Shown here piece after piece: positions 1 through 13,556 of a stretch of DNA of 45,809 bases. The notes under the pieces were generated by a model. It had not been told where the DNA came from, did not search any database, and saw nothing but the letters and a program-made list of their open reading frames with translations. A program made the translations under genes and the position numbers. The stretch is from Macrostomum lignano (taxonomy: Eukaryota), in the NCBI GenBank assembly GCA_002269645.1, contig NIVC01004442.1, positions 1-45,809 on the forward strand. Direction: 5' to 3'. Positions within the stretch are counted from its first letter, which is position 1, and every line of letters starts with the position of its first letter.

Positions 1-479
1 GCTATAGTTATTAATGTTAAAAATTGAAAAACTATTAGAAACAGGTAGAGTAAAACAAATATACTTTTAGTAAAATGTATTATCAACCTAGAAACTTATA
101 AAATATACCTAAAAAAGTAAAATAAACACTGGCAAATTCTAATTTTTATTAATGTGAAAAACTTTAGCATTAGTACTTTCAATAATGATTAAGTATGGTT
201 GCTCTAAAAAGGACGAAATATAATCTCACAAAGACAACTAAGTGTTTCTTTTATTTTCTAATTTAATTTGCAGTTGTTTAAGCACTGGGTTATTTTCTTG
301 ATTCAAAATATTTTGTTTTTTAGACTTTTTGTTAAAACTACAGCTACGGCTACGGGAACTATGGGAATATGGTAATTTTGAGGCCCCTATGGCTATGGAC
401 TACAGAGAATTGGAGTAAGCTGTAGTTTTTCTTATGGCTACAGCTATGGTACATGGACCCTCCTTATGGCAAAACACTA
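1..479. mobile_element. Right part of a hAT-type MITE (same family as 35312-35949), cut by the window start
   Basis: Colinear, clearly similar to 35468-35949 over its whole length; ends in ...AAAACACTA, matching the right TIR ...GGAACACTA of the complete copy. Confidence 0.8.
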
Positions 480-818
480 TTTGTTTCCAATTGGCTGCAA
501 ATGTGTAAATAATGAGCTCTAACTAATAGAGTACTTAGTGCCTACCCTGTCCCTACCAGCAAAATTTGATTGGTTAGGATTTTCTAAGCTACATTTTTCA
601 CCCTGCCCTCCCCCAACACAATCAGTCTATATAATCAAGCAAACTGGCATGCAAATAAATCAAGAGTTCTCCAAATAATGAAGTCTCCAGAAATTCAAAA
701 TCCAGAATATGTGGCTACAAATATCATGGAATTGTTAGTTTTTAATTGTTTATAGCATAGATAGCAATCTTATAATTAAGAGAACAAATTTCTGCTTTTC
801 AAATGCAGCCTTGGAAAT

Positions 819-1574
819 GGCACATGACCAAGATGGCCATATACCAAGATGGCCATAGCTTTAAGTATCTAAATAGATAATAATAAGCCTAGGTCTATAT
901 ATTTCACTTATTTCCTATTGTATTGGTAATAATTAGAGAAATAGATGCTAAAAAGATGCTATATTGGAATTGTATTATATTAGGCCCCTATATTATAGTC
1001 ATTCCTTTGGCTTTAGCTTTTATTATAGCTTGACCTATATATATAAAAATTAAGATAAATATACAACAAGGCAAGGTATTTATTTTGTGTTAGGCTACTT
1101 GCTTGGTGTAGGCCCTAGTGATTCAATAACACATTTATTTTGTGTTAGGCTACTTGCTTGGTATAGGTGTAGGCCCTAGTGAATAATATTTATTCACTAG
1201 GGCCTACACCAAGCAAGTAGCCTAAGACAAAATAAATACCTTGCCTTGTTGTATATTTATCTTAATTTTTGTATAGCATTACTAGTAGAAATGGTTTCTT
1301 AATAAACAGATAGTGATAGATTTGATAGATGTAATGATAGGGAATAAATTGGCAAACACTGAAAAAGATTATAAAGTTTTTGTATTATAGGTAATTAGTT
1401 TCAAATCTATTATTGCATTACGCCATTAGTATTTATGAATATGATTGATTAAACATAATAATTAATATAACAATGGCTACTATGTTGCTAATTAATTAAT
1501 GATAAAAAGAGAGCAGAGCCAAAGAGATTCAATGTTGTGGCCATCTTGGTGTGTGGCCATATTGGTCTTATGCC
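819..1574. mobile_element. Non-autonomous MULE/Mutator-like MITE
   Basis: Imperfect TIRs GGCACATGACCAAGATGGCCATATACCAAGATGGCC (from 819) and GGCCATCTTGGTGTGTGGCCATATTGGTCTTATGCC (to 1574). Flanking 9-mers CTTGGAAAT (810-818) and CTTGGAAAG (1575-1583) match 8/9. G-starting TIRs with a 9-bp TSD are typical of Mutator. Confidence 0.65.
1040..1275. repeat. Long near-perfect inverted repeat with an internally duplicated arm
   Basis: 1040-1121 is the reverse complement of 1194-1275 (about 2 mismatches). 1133-1185 is a second partial copy of the left arm that closes a hairpin with a 5-nt loop at 1186-1190. Confidence 0.9.
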
Positions 1575-1984
1575 CTTGGAAAGATCCATCTTCAAGAATT
1601 TGACCATTGCCAATGCAATAGGCAACTGAAAATAGGCCTAGGCCTAGCCATTGGCAACTGGATTGCTAACCTCAAAAAACATAGCCCTTAGGCCTATCAC
1701 AATTTTAATAACACTGACTGATGCCAATGCCAGCAATGGTATAGAAATTAGAAGTTAAGTTAGCCCTACGCCTTACTATAACTAGGCCTAGTCTAGGCCT
1801 AGTGTTTTCTATACTTTAAGACAACTTGGAAAGTGATGAGATTTATCAAATTAATTTTATTTAATTTTCAAAAATAACTTTGCTAGGCCTAACTGAACTA
1901 ATTTTAAAGAAAAACATGGTTATAATAGCCATAGGGCATTAGGCCTATTTCAAGCCTACAACATCTATCCATGAGGCTCTTCAT

Positions 1985-2180
1985 ATTGCTTGTTCTGGTT
2001 CTAGAACCAGAACCATTTTGTGAAGTATAACTTTTTGTCTCCATAACTAGAGGGAGATACGTGCTATAAAGTTTATATTATTGAATGACAATCATTACGA
2101 AGAAAGTGAAAATTGTGCAAAGTAAGGCTGTTAAGGCAGTCAAACATTCAACAAAGTTAAATAGTTATACTGCTTTTTTC
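1985..2180. repeat. Dispersed AT-rich repeat (second, more interrupted copy at about 21848-22125)
   Basis: Shared blocks TGCTTGTTCTG, TAGAACCAGAA, ATAACTTTTTGTCT, GAATG(A/G)CAATCAT, AGAAAG(T/A)GAAAATTG, GTAAGGCT and AACATTCAA(C/T)AAAGTT occur in the same order at both loci. Confidence 0.6.
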
Positions 2181-3099
2181 TTGGATATCCGAACCGATTC
2201 TGGTTCTGGAATCGATTGCCGTGAAGAGGCTCCATGTCAACGTATCTGTTTCCCCCATAGCTAGATATTCGTTTTGATATTCAATTTGATAAAATTCATC
2301 ACGCAGCAATTAAATTGGCCTATGTGCATTAAAATTAACGCCTACATTTTGTATTCGCGCTACATTTTAGTAAATTAAAAAAATTGTATTTTCTTCTAAA
2401 AATTACTGTAGCTAAGCCATTTACTTACCACAATTATACCGTGCTGCAAATATAATCGTCATATTTGTTATAAAAACTCTTTCACATTATTATCATATAA
2501 CAAACAGATTGTTTCACATTAATTGAGGCGAAACCAGTTTCAACCGGAACTGAGTGCGCGTCACGTTGGTTTGTTCGTAGTTTAGCAACTTAGTACTCAT
2601 AGACTCTCCTTATATACTCTTGATTTCAATAGTATACCTAATTGTATGTGTAAGTTTAATATTTAATGCTAAGTTTTTTACAGGGTTGTTTAGTTATTAC
2701 AGACTTCAAGTTTTGCATCTTGTAGAGTGATAAATTCTGTACAGGTTGGTGAGAAAAAAACTACGTTCAACGAAACATTCTAGGAGCACTACTACTAGAA
2801 GAAACCAGCGTCGACCAACTATTTTCTGCATGATTTGGCCAGTTTCCCGTCCCTGTAGTTTTTAGTAGTCTCTGGGTTATCTCTCTGGGTTAGCCGATTC
2901 AGTTACACGTGCATGTACATATAATAAGTATACTAAATTGGTTACAATCAATCGGCAGCGTGTCATATCGACATGCGGCGATTATTATTATAGCTGTAGG
3001 CGCTGGCACAGCTGGGGTCAGCAAAGCACCCGCTGGTGGAAAACAGCTGAGTCCAGCCTATACTTATACCCAGCGCCTGCAAGTCAGAAAGAAAAGTGT

Positions 3100-3440
3100 C
3101 AATCAGTCAGGGTGGTGCAGAGAGCCTGCATGGCCCCACAGTCCGCGTCTCCCACAGTGCGGGCTACCAGCAAGTCGGCGAGGGGGGCCGGCGCACCGTG
3201 CGCGGCACAGGCAGTGGCCGATCAATCTGGGCATCGCCTCAGCAAGGATGCATGTGGCCCAGCTAGGGCGGCACGCTGGTCCGGGCCACCAGATCGCTCG
3301 GCATCGCTCAGGCGCTCGGGGAAACAGGATGCCAAGGGCATTGCGTAGGCCGGCCTCGATCCAAGCTCGCCTCACGAGTGGCCGCTATGGAAACAGCCTC
3401 CAGCCCGTAGGTCAGCCCGTCTCAAGTGCCGAGCAGAAAT
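3100..3440 (-). pseudogene. Decayed C-terminal fragment of an RTE-like non-LTR retrotransposon ORF
   Basis: Frameshifted minus-strand peptides DRLKVAAYFCSALET / TYGLEAVSIAATREASLD / LRNALGILF / PERLSDAE / RLIGHCL. These match the post-RT region of RTE-type elements (LLYG.E...LD...LR.ALG...PER....L.GHCLR pattern). GC-rich island in AT-rich DNA. Confidence 0.55.
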
Positions 3441-3465
3441 ACGCGGCGACCTTCAGCCTGTCAGG

Positions 3466-3838
3466 GTTTGCCAGCCGATGTTTGCCAGCCGATGTAATCG
3501 CCAGCCGACGTTTGCCTGCGGGACGTTTGCCAGCGGGACGCTTGCCAGCCGACGTTTGCCTGCGGGACGTTTGCCAGCCGACGTTTGCCTGCGGGACGTT
3601 TGCCAGCCGACGTTTGCCTGCGGGACGTTTGCCAGCCGACGTTTGCCTGCGGGACTTTTGCCAGCCGACGTTTGCCAGCCGACGTTTGCCAGCCGACGTT
3701 TGCCAGCCGACGTTTGCCAGCCAACGTTTGCCAGCCGACGTTTGCTAGCCGACGTTTGCCAGCCGACGTTTGCCAGCCGACGTTTGCCAGCCAACGTTTG
3801 CCAGCCGACGTTTGCCTGCGGGACGTTTTCCAGCCGGA
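3466..3838. repeat. Minisatellite of interleaved 14-bp (GCCAGCCGACGTTT) and 15-bp (GCCTGCGGGACGTTT) units
   Basis: Directly visible; explains the overlapping repetitive ORFs between 2909 and 3899. Confidence 0.95.
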
Positions 3839-6448
3839 CATTCGCAGGCGGCAATTGATTAAAGAAGTATGCCGTATCTAGGCTTACATGTACTTGCATT
3901 TGAAAACTGTGGACATAGCACTAATCTAATTCCACCTCGCTCCCTACTATACTACTATTAAATATACAGGTTACTAACAAACTACTGTTCAGGCTTATTG
4001 AAGTTATTGCTCTTGTCTGCCTAAATAGAAGGGTATAAAAATACAAAATAGGAGTTTCCATCGTCACAGTTAATGTCTATTTATGCCATGGATAGCCCTT
4101 TCGATATCAGTGGCCAAACAAGCTAAGTGTTTACAAGCTACGAGTAAATGGGAAAAGACTGCAGAAATCCATATTGGTTTAGTCCCTGGTTTAGACTAGA
4201 AACCAGGGATGATTTCTAGTATGGTTTAGAATGGTTTAGACACTATATTGGCTTAGTCCCGCCTATATCTACGTAACTTAGCCGGCCGCAGTCAATAAAG
4301 ATCTTAGAAATGGGGATCTAAGGTGTCACCTTGTAGGACCCCGAAGGCGGTGGCAAATTCAGCTTTTTGCAAAAATTTTGCTAAAGGCAAAACCCATGGC
4401 ATTCAGTGCGCTCGTATAAGCCGAGAAAAATCGTGTCTCTCAAAACAGTGTTGGACATGCAGATTGAAATAAAACCCGATCAATCCATCGGCTCCGCACT
4501 ATCATCTCTCTCGATGGCAGCGACAATCAGGTCGTACTTTTCGTTGCTTATCTTGCGATAGCGTTCTCGCACTGCAGGATTCTGCTCATCCACTGCATCT
4601 TGGGCTGTAGCAAAACTTTCGTCACTGCTCTGCTCGCTAAATTCTTCGTCTGCCATATCCATGTTTGTCTAATGAAATATGTTATTTTCTATGGTCTAAG
4701 GCTTGCACAACTGTGGAAAGGATAATAGCGTGCCAAAATTCTCAAATTGGTTGCTCCATAGACCCCCCTTTCGGGCCATAGACGATGAAAAGTAAGTCTT
4801 CATTAGCTTGATTTTCCCAATAAGGATTAAATTGCGTGCTCGTAGGCTGAATTGGCTTGAAAAATGCATAATTAAATAATAGCAACTTTATTCTAACCTT
4901 GACTGCTCCAGCGGAGTGTTTTTTTATTTCGTTTTATTTCCATAAGTTTAAAGGACCATCACGTTCAAATTGCATGTATAACTTTAAATAAATGAGATTT
5001 AATTGCTTTGGTAGCATAACATGTATAGACAAAATTGCCACAGGTGTACATGTATACAGCATTCAGATAGCCAGGCTTAGACCTAGATTTAGAAGTACAC
5101 TATTGTAATTAGTGGTTGTATTCCACAAATCAACTCAGAAAACACTGGTTTAGGCTTAAACTCAAAGTATAATGCGCCCTTTCTATGTAGTTTATAGTAG
5201 TCCTGTGGTCTACAATCCCTACATAGTCTCTGCTGTATCCTGGGGTCTTGGCCCTCGACCTATTCAAAGTCTTAAGGGCCTAGCATTGCACTTTTACGAG
5301 TAATTGCATGCTGTTTTCAACGAAAAAATCGTTAATAAAAAATTTATTTCAAAGAAAGATGGTTAGCTAGAGCTAATGATCTTACTAAAACATACTATTT
5401 CAATTTGGATTATGACCATAACCTACTGGTACAGTAGCAATCTTAAAATACATGTAGTAGTTAGGATGACCGTGATAGTTCACATCACATTGTGCTCACA
5501 CTTAACTACATGCTTGATTAGAAGTTTCTTTAAAAAAATAACCACTAAGTTCATTGCCGACGTGTTTAGTTTGGCTAAAACGCTCTCGCTTGCACGGCAT
5601 CAAGCTGTACCATTGGTGTAAAAACTTTAATTTTACGTGTACAGCGTCGGGAACGTTGGAAAGTGTTGGGGGGGGGGGCGCGGCAGGCTTTGCAAAATAA
5701 GTCAATAAGACATACACGTACATCAGTACATAGAAGTTTCCGGTATGCATTATGTAAATAGATGTGCTTGATTTTCTTATCAAGGGATGGCACATGGCCC
5801 CCCCTCGCGTTAAAACTTGAGGGCTTAATTGCCTCTCTGCATGCCTCCGAGTTCCTAGGCCTATAGCTACCTGTAAACCGAGGCGACTTTGATATATCAG
5901 ATTGCTACTCCGAATCAGAAATATGAATCTAAAGCCGAGTAAATGGCTATATTATATGGTTGGGGCCGATTCACACAAACACCCAATGAGAGCTTAATAT
6001 CTTGCCGTGGGTTGCGGTCATCAGCCTGCCATAAACATGACCTTACATGACCTATACAGGGGTCCCCATATGAAGCAGATTTATACCTTGAACGCACTTA
6101 CATGCTATATAAGAGTGTACTATACGATAATATGCCATATCCGCTATTTATTAATAGCCAATTTATCTAAACAAGTGATGATGAACACGTGGCTGCTAGC
6201 CTTCTAATTAAAAAATGGGTGAAAAGATAAAATTTTTATACGTTGGTTTTAAATATTGGATAGCCTTAACACAGCTAGCCTTTCAAATTTATTAGTATTG
6301 CAAACTCTAATCACAATTATACCGACCCTTGAAAACCGGGTGGATATGAATTTTACATAATTAACTCTAAAGAGTATTCCATTGATTAATAATGCCATAA
6401 AATCAGCCAGGAAGAGTAACAAATGTGCGGCGTCTTCAGGCTACCGCA

Positions 6449-6517
6449 TTAACTTGCACGTCGTTCGCCGTCTGCAATGGTACAGTGGGTGCATTTCTGG
6501 GAGATTTCAGGGTTCAA
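6449..6517 (-). CDS. Probable exon 2 (cytoplasmic tail LNPEISQKCTHCTIADGERRAS*) of membrane-protein paralogue 1
   Basis: CAG acceptor at 6518-6520 (minus) just downstream of a (GTCT)n pyrimidine-rich run. Phase 0 matches the exon-1 donor; 69 nt ending in TAA. Confidence 0.55.
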   Translation of the reverse strand: MNPEISQKCTHCTIADGERRAS

Positions 6518-6530
6518 CTGATTTGCCAGG

Positions 6531-6531
6531 C

Positions 6532-6584
<53 letters not shown>
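6531..6584. repeat. (GACA)n microsatellite
   Basis: Direct reading. Confidence 0.97.
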
Positions 6585-6588
<4 letters not shown>

Positions 6589-9500
6589 CTAAGACCCTAA
6601 GGCACTAAGGCACTAAGACACTAAGGCACTAAGACACTAAGACACTAAGACACTAAGACACTAAGACACTAAGACACTAAGACACTAAGACACTGAGACA
6701 CTAAGACACTAAGACACTAAGACACTAAGACACTAAGATACTGAGACACTAAGATACTAAGACACTAAGACACTAAGACACTAAGGCACTAAGACACTAA
6801 GATACTAAGACACTAAGACACTGAGACACTAAGACACTAAGACACTAAGACACTAAGATACAAAGACACTGAGACACTAAGATACTAAGACACTAAGACA
6901 CTAAGACACTAAGACACTGAGACACTAAGACACTAAGACACTGAGACACTAAGATACTGAGACACTAAGATACTAAGACACTAAGACACTGAGACACTAA
7001 GGCACTAAGACACTAAGATACTAAGACACTAAGACACTGAGACACTAAGACACTAAGACACTAAGACACTAAGATACTAAGACACTAAGACACTAAGATA
7101 CTAAGACACTAAGACACTGAGACACTAAGACACTAAGACACTGAGACACTAAGATACTGAGACACTAAGATACTAAGACACTAAGACACTAAGACACTAA
7201 GACACTAAGATACTAAGACACTAAGACACTAAGATACTAAGACACTAAGACACTGAGACACTAAGACACTAAGATACTAAGACACTAAGACACTAAGACA
7301 CTAAGACACTGAGATACTAAGACACTAAGACACTAAGATACAAAGATACTAAGACACTAAGGCACTAAGACACTAAGATACTAAGACACTAAGACACTGA
7401 GACACTAAGACACTAAGACACTAAGACACTAAGATACTAAGACACTAAGACACTAAGATACTAAGACACTAAGACACTGAGACACTAAGACACTAAGATA
7501 CTAAGACACTAAGACACTGAGATACTAAGACACTAAGACACTGAGACACTAAGACACTAAGACACTAAGATACTAAGACACTAAGATACTAAGACACTAA
7601 GACACTGAGACACTAAGACACTAAGACACTGAGACACTAAGATACTGAGACACTAAGATACTAAGACACTAAGACACTAAGACACTAAGACACTAAGACA
7701 CTGAGACACTAAGACACTGAGACACTAAGACACTAAGATACTAAGACACTAAGACACTAAGACACTAAGACACTGAGATACTAAGACACTGAGACACTAA
7801 GACACTAAGACACTGAGATACTAAGATACTAAGACACTAAGGCACTAAGACACTGAGATACTAAGACACTAAGACACTAAGATACTAAGACACTAAGGCA
7901 CTGAGACACTAAGACACTGAGACACTAAGATACTAAGACACTAAGACACTAAGACACTAAGACACTGAGACACTAAGACACTAAGACACTAAGACACTGA
8001 GACACTAAGATACTGAGACACTAAGATACTAAGACACTAAGACACTAAGACACTAAGGCACTAAGACACTAAGATACTAAGACACTAAGACACTGAGACA
8101 CTAAGACACTAAGACACTAAGACACTAAGATACTAAGACACTAAGACACTAAGATACTAAGACACTAAGACACTGAGACACTAAGACACTAACATACTAA
8201 GACACTAAGACACTGAGATACTAAGACACTAAGACACTGAGACACTAAGACACTAAGACACTAAGATACTAAGACACTAAGATACTAAGACACTAAGACA
8301 CTGAGACACTAAGACACTAAGACACTGAGACACTAAGATACTGAGACACTAAGATACTAAGACACTAAGACACTAAGACACTAAGGCACTAAGACACTAA
8401 GATACTAAGACACTAAGACACTGAGACACTAAGACACTAAGACACTAAGACACTAAGATACTAAGGCACTAAGACACTAAGATACTAAGACACTAAGACA
8501 CTGAGACACTAAGACACTAACATACTAAGACACTAAGACACTGAGATACTAAGACACTAAGACACTGAGACACTAAGACACTAAGACACTAAGATACTAA
8601 GACACTAAGATACTAAGACACTAAGACACTGAGACACTAAGACACTAAGACACTGAGACACTAAGATACTGAGACACTAAGATACTAAGACACTAAGACA
8701 CTAAGACACTAAGACACTAAGATACTAAGACACTAAGACACTAAGATACTAAGACACTAAGACACTGAGACACTAAGACACTAAGATACTAAGACACTAA
8801 GACACTAAGACACTAAGACACTGAGATACTAAGACACTAAGACACTAAGATACAAAGATACTAAGACACTAAGGCACTAAGACACTAAGATACTAAGACA
8901 CTAAGACACTGAGACACTAAGACACTAAGACACTAAGACACTAAGATACTAAGACACTAAGACACTAAGATACTAAGACACTAAGACACTGAGACACTAA
9001 GACACTAAGATACTAAGACACTAAGACACTGAGATACTAAGACACTAAGACACTGAGACACTAAGACACTAAGACACTAAGATACTAAGACACTAAGATA
9101 CTAAGACACTAAGACACTGAGACACTAAGACACTAAGACACTGAGACACTAAGATACTGAGACACTAAGATACTAAGACACTAAGACACTAAGACACTAA
9201 GACACTAAGACACTGAGACACTAAGACACTGAGACACTAAGACACTAGACACTAAGACACTACTAAGACACTAAGACACTAAGACACTAAGACACTGAGA
9301 TACTAAGACACTGAGACACTAAGACACTAAGACACTGAGATACTAAGATACTAAGACACTAAGGCACTAAGACACTGAGATACTAAGACACTAAGACACT
9401 AAGATACTAAGACACTAAGGCACTGAGACACTAAGACACTGAGACACTAAGATACTAAGACACTAAGACACTAAGACACTAAGACACTGAGACACTAAGA

Positions 9501-12500
9501 CACTAAGACACTAAGACACTGAGACACTAAGATACTGAGACACTAAGATACTAAGACACTAAGACACTAAGACACTAAGGCACTAAGACACTAAGATACT
9601 AAGACACTAAGACACTGAGACACTAAGACACTAAGACACTAAGACACTAAGATACTAAGACACTAAGACACTAAGATACTAAGACACTAAGACACTGAGA
9701 CACTAAGACACTAACATACTAAGACACTAAGACACTGAGATACTAAGACACTAAGACACTGAGACACTAAGACACTAAGACACTAAGATACTAAGACACT
9801 AAGATACTAAGACACTAAGACACTGAGACACTAAGACACTAAGACACTGAGACACTAAGATACTGAGACACTAAGATACTAAGACACTAAGACACTAAGA
9901 CACTAAGACACTAAGACACTGAGACACTAAGACACTGAGACACTAAGACACTAAGATACTAAGACACTAAGACACTAAGACACTAAGTCACTGAGATACT
10001 AAGACACTGAGACACTAATACACTAAGACACTGAGATACTAAGATACTAAGACACTAAGACACTGAGACACTAAGACACTGAGACACTAAGACACTAAGA
10101 CACTAAGATACTAAGACACTAAGACACTAAGATACTAAGACACTAAGATACTAAGGCACTAAGACACTAAGATACTAAGACACTAAGACACTGAGACACT
10201 AAGACACTGAGACACTAAGACACTAAGATACTAAGACACTAAGACACTAAGATACTAAGACACTAAGACACTGAGACACTAAGACACTAAGATACTAAGA
10301 CACTAAGACACTAAGACACTAAGACACTGAGATACTAAGACACTAAGACACTAAGACACTAAGACACTGAGATACTAAGACACTAAGACACTAAGATACA
10401 AAGATACTAAGACACTAAGGCACTAAGACACTAAGATACTAAGACACTAAGACACTGAGACACTAAGACACTAAGACACTAAGACACTAAGATACTAAGA
10501 CACTAAGACACTAAGATACTAAGACACTAAGACACTGAGACACTAAGACACTAAGATACTAAGACACTAAGACACTGAGATACTAAGACACTAAGACACT
10601 GAGACACTAAGACACTAAGACACTAAGATACTAAGACACTAAGATACTAAGACACTAAGACACTGAGACACTAAGACACTAAGACACTGAGACACTAAGA
10701 TACTGAGACACTAAGATACTAAGACACTAAGACACTAAGACACTAAGACACTAAGACACTGAGACACTAAGACACTGAGACACTAAGACACTAAGATACT
10801 AAGACACTAAGACACTAAGACACTAAGACACTGAGATACTAAGACACTGAGACACTAAGACACTAAGACACTGAGATACTAAGATACTAAGACACTAAGG
10901 CACTAAGACACTGAGATACTAAGACACTAAGACACTAAGATACTAAGACACTAAGGCACTGAGACACTAAGACACTAAGACACTAAGACACTGAGACACT
11001 AAGACACTAAGATACTAAGACACTAAGACACTAAGATACTAAGACACTAAGACACTGAGACACTAAGACACTAAGATACTAAGACACTAAGACACTAAGA
11101 CACTAAGACACTGAGATACTAAGACACTAAGACACTAAGATACAAAGATACTAAGACACTAAGGCACTAAGACACTAAGATACTAAGACACTAAGACACT
11201 GAGACACTAAGACACTAAGACACTAAGACACTAAGATACTAAGACACTAAGACACTAAGATACTAAGACACTAAGACACTGAGACACTAAGACACTAAGA
11301 TACTAAGACACTAAGACACTGAGATACTAAGACACTAAGACACTGAGACACTAAGACACTAAGACACTAAGATACTAAGACACTAAGATACTAAGACACT
11401 AAGACACTAAGACACTGAGACACTAAGACACTGAGACACTAAGACACTAAGATACTAAGACACTAAGACACTAAGACACTAAGACACTGAGATACTAAGA
11501 CACTGAGACACTAAGACACTAAGACACTGAGATACTAAGATACTAAGACACTAAGGCACTAAGACACTGAGATACTAAGACACTAAGACACTAAGATACT
11601 AAGACACTAAGGCACTGAGACACTAAGACACTGAGACACTAAGATACTAAGACACTAAGACACTAAGACACTAAGACACTGAGACACTAAGACACTAAGA
11701 CACTGAGACACTAAGATACTGAGACACTAAGATACTAAGACACTAAGACACTAAGACACTAAGACACTAAGACACTGAGACACTAAGACACTGAGACACT
11801 AAGACACTAAGATACTAAGACACTAAGACACTAAGACACTAAGACACTGAGATACTAAGACACTGAGACACTAAGACACTACGACACTGAGATACTAAGA
11901 TACTAAGACACTAAGGCACTAAGACACTGAGATACTAAGACACTAAGACACTAAGATACTAAGACACTAAGGCACTGAGACACTAAGACACTGAGACACT
12001 AAGATACTGACACTAAGACACTAAGACACTAAGACACTAAGACACTAAGACACTAAGGCACTAAGACACTAAGATACTAAGACACTAAGACACTGAGACA
12101 CTAAGACACTAAGACACTAAGACACTAAGATACTAAGACACTAAGACACTAAGATACTAAGACACTAAGACACTGAGACACTAAGACACTAAGATACTAA
12201 GACACTAAGACACTGAGATACTAAGACACTAAGACACTGAGACACTAAGACACTAAGACACTAAGATACTAAGACACTAAGATACTAAGACACTAAGACA
12301 CTGAGACACTAAGACACTAAGACACTGAGACACTAAGATACTGAGACACTAAGATACTAAGACACTAAGACACTAAGACACTAAGACACTAAGACACTGA
12401 GACACTAAGACACTGAGACACTAAGACACTAAGATACTAAGACACTAAGACACTAAGACACTAAGACACTGAGATACTAAGACACTGAGACACTAAGACA

Positions 12501-13556
12501 CTAAGACACTGAGATACTAAGATACTAAGACACTAAGGCACTAAGACACTGAGATACTAAGACACTAAGACACTAAGATACTAAGACACTAAGGCACTGA
12601 GACACTAAGACACTGAGACACTAAGATACTAAGACACTAAGACACTAAGACACTAAGACACTGAGATACTAAGATACTAAGACACTAAGGCGCTAAGATA
12701 CTAAGACACTAAGACACTAAGACACTGAGACACTAAGACACTGAGACACTAAGATACTGAGACACTAAGATACTAAGACACTAAGACACTAAGACACTAA
12801 GACACTAAGACACTGAGACACTAAGACACTGAGACACTAAGACACTAAGATACTAAGACACTAAGACACTAAGACACTAAGACACTAAGATACTAAGACA
12901 CTAAGACACTGAGACACTAAGACACTAAGACACTGAGACACTAAGATACTGAGACACTAAGATACTAAGACACTAAGACACTAAGACACTAAGACACTAA
13001 GACACTGAGACACTAAGACACTGAGACACTAAGACACTAAGATACTAAGACACTAAGACACTAAGACACTAAGACACTGAGATACTAAGACACTGAGACA
13101 CTAAGACACTAAGACACTGAGATACTAAGATACTAAGACACTAAGGCACTAAGACACTGAGATACTAAGACACTAAGACACTAAGATACTAAGACACTAA
13201 GGCACTGAGACACTAAGACACTGAGACACTAAGATACTAAGACACTAAGACACTAAGACACTAAGACACTGAGATACTAAGATACTAAGACACTAAGGCG
13301 CTAAGATACTAAGACACTAAGACACTAAGACACTGAGACACTAAGACACTAAGACACTAAGACACTATGATACTAAGATACTAAGACACTAAGACACTGA
13401 GACACTAAGACACTAAGACACTAAGACACTAAGACACTAAGATACCAAGACACTAAGACACTGAGACACTAAGACACTGAGACACTATGACTCTAAGACA
13501 CTAAGATACCAAGACACTAAGACACTAAGACACTAAGACACTGAGACACTAAGACA
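6585..13556. repeat. ~7 kb 8-bp satellite (GACACTAA)n, about 870 units, intronic
   Basis: Common variants GACACTGA, GATACTAA, GGCACTAA, GATACTGA; rare variants GATACAAA, CATACTAA, GGCGCTAA. Stop codons occur in all frames on both strands. Confidence 0.98.

Noticed and set aside
2909-3899. Long overlapping ORFs (279, 148, 126 aa)
   Set aside because: They are translations of the 14/15-bp minisatellite and of the antisense of an RTE relic.
5610-5860. G-run/C-run segment suggestive of a hAT MITE
   Set aside because: Could not define termini or a TSD.
6585-13556. Satellite as a CRISPR-like array or interstitial telomere (minus strand TTAGTGTC/TCAGTGTC recalls TTAGG/TCAGG)
   Set aside because: No unique spacers and no cas genes. 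The unit lacks the G-run of telomeric repeats and sits inside a GT-AG intron.
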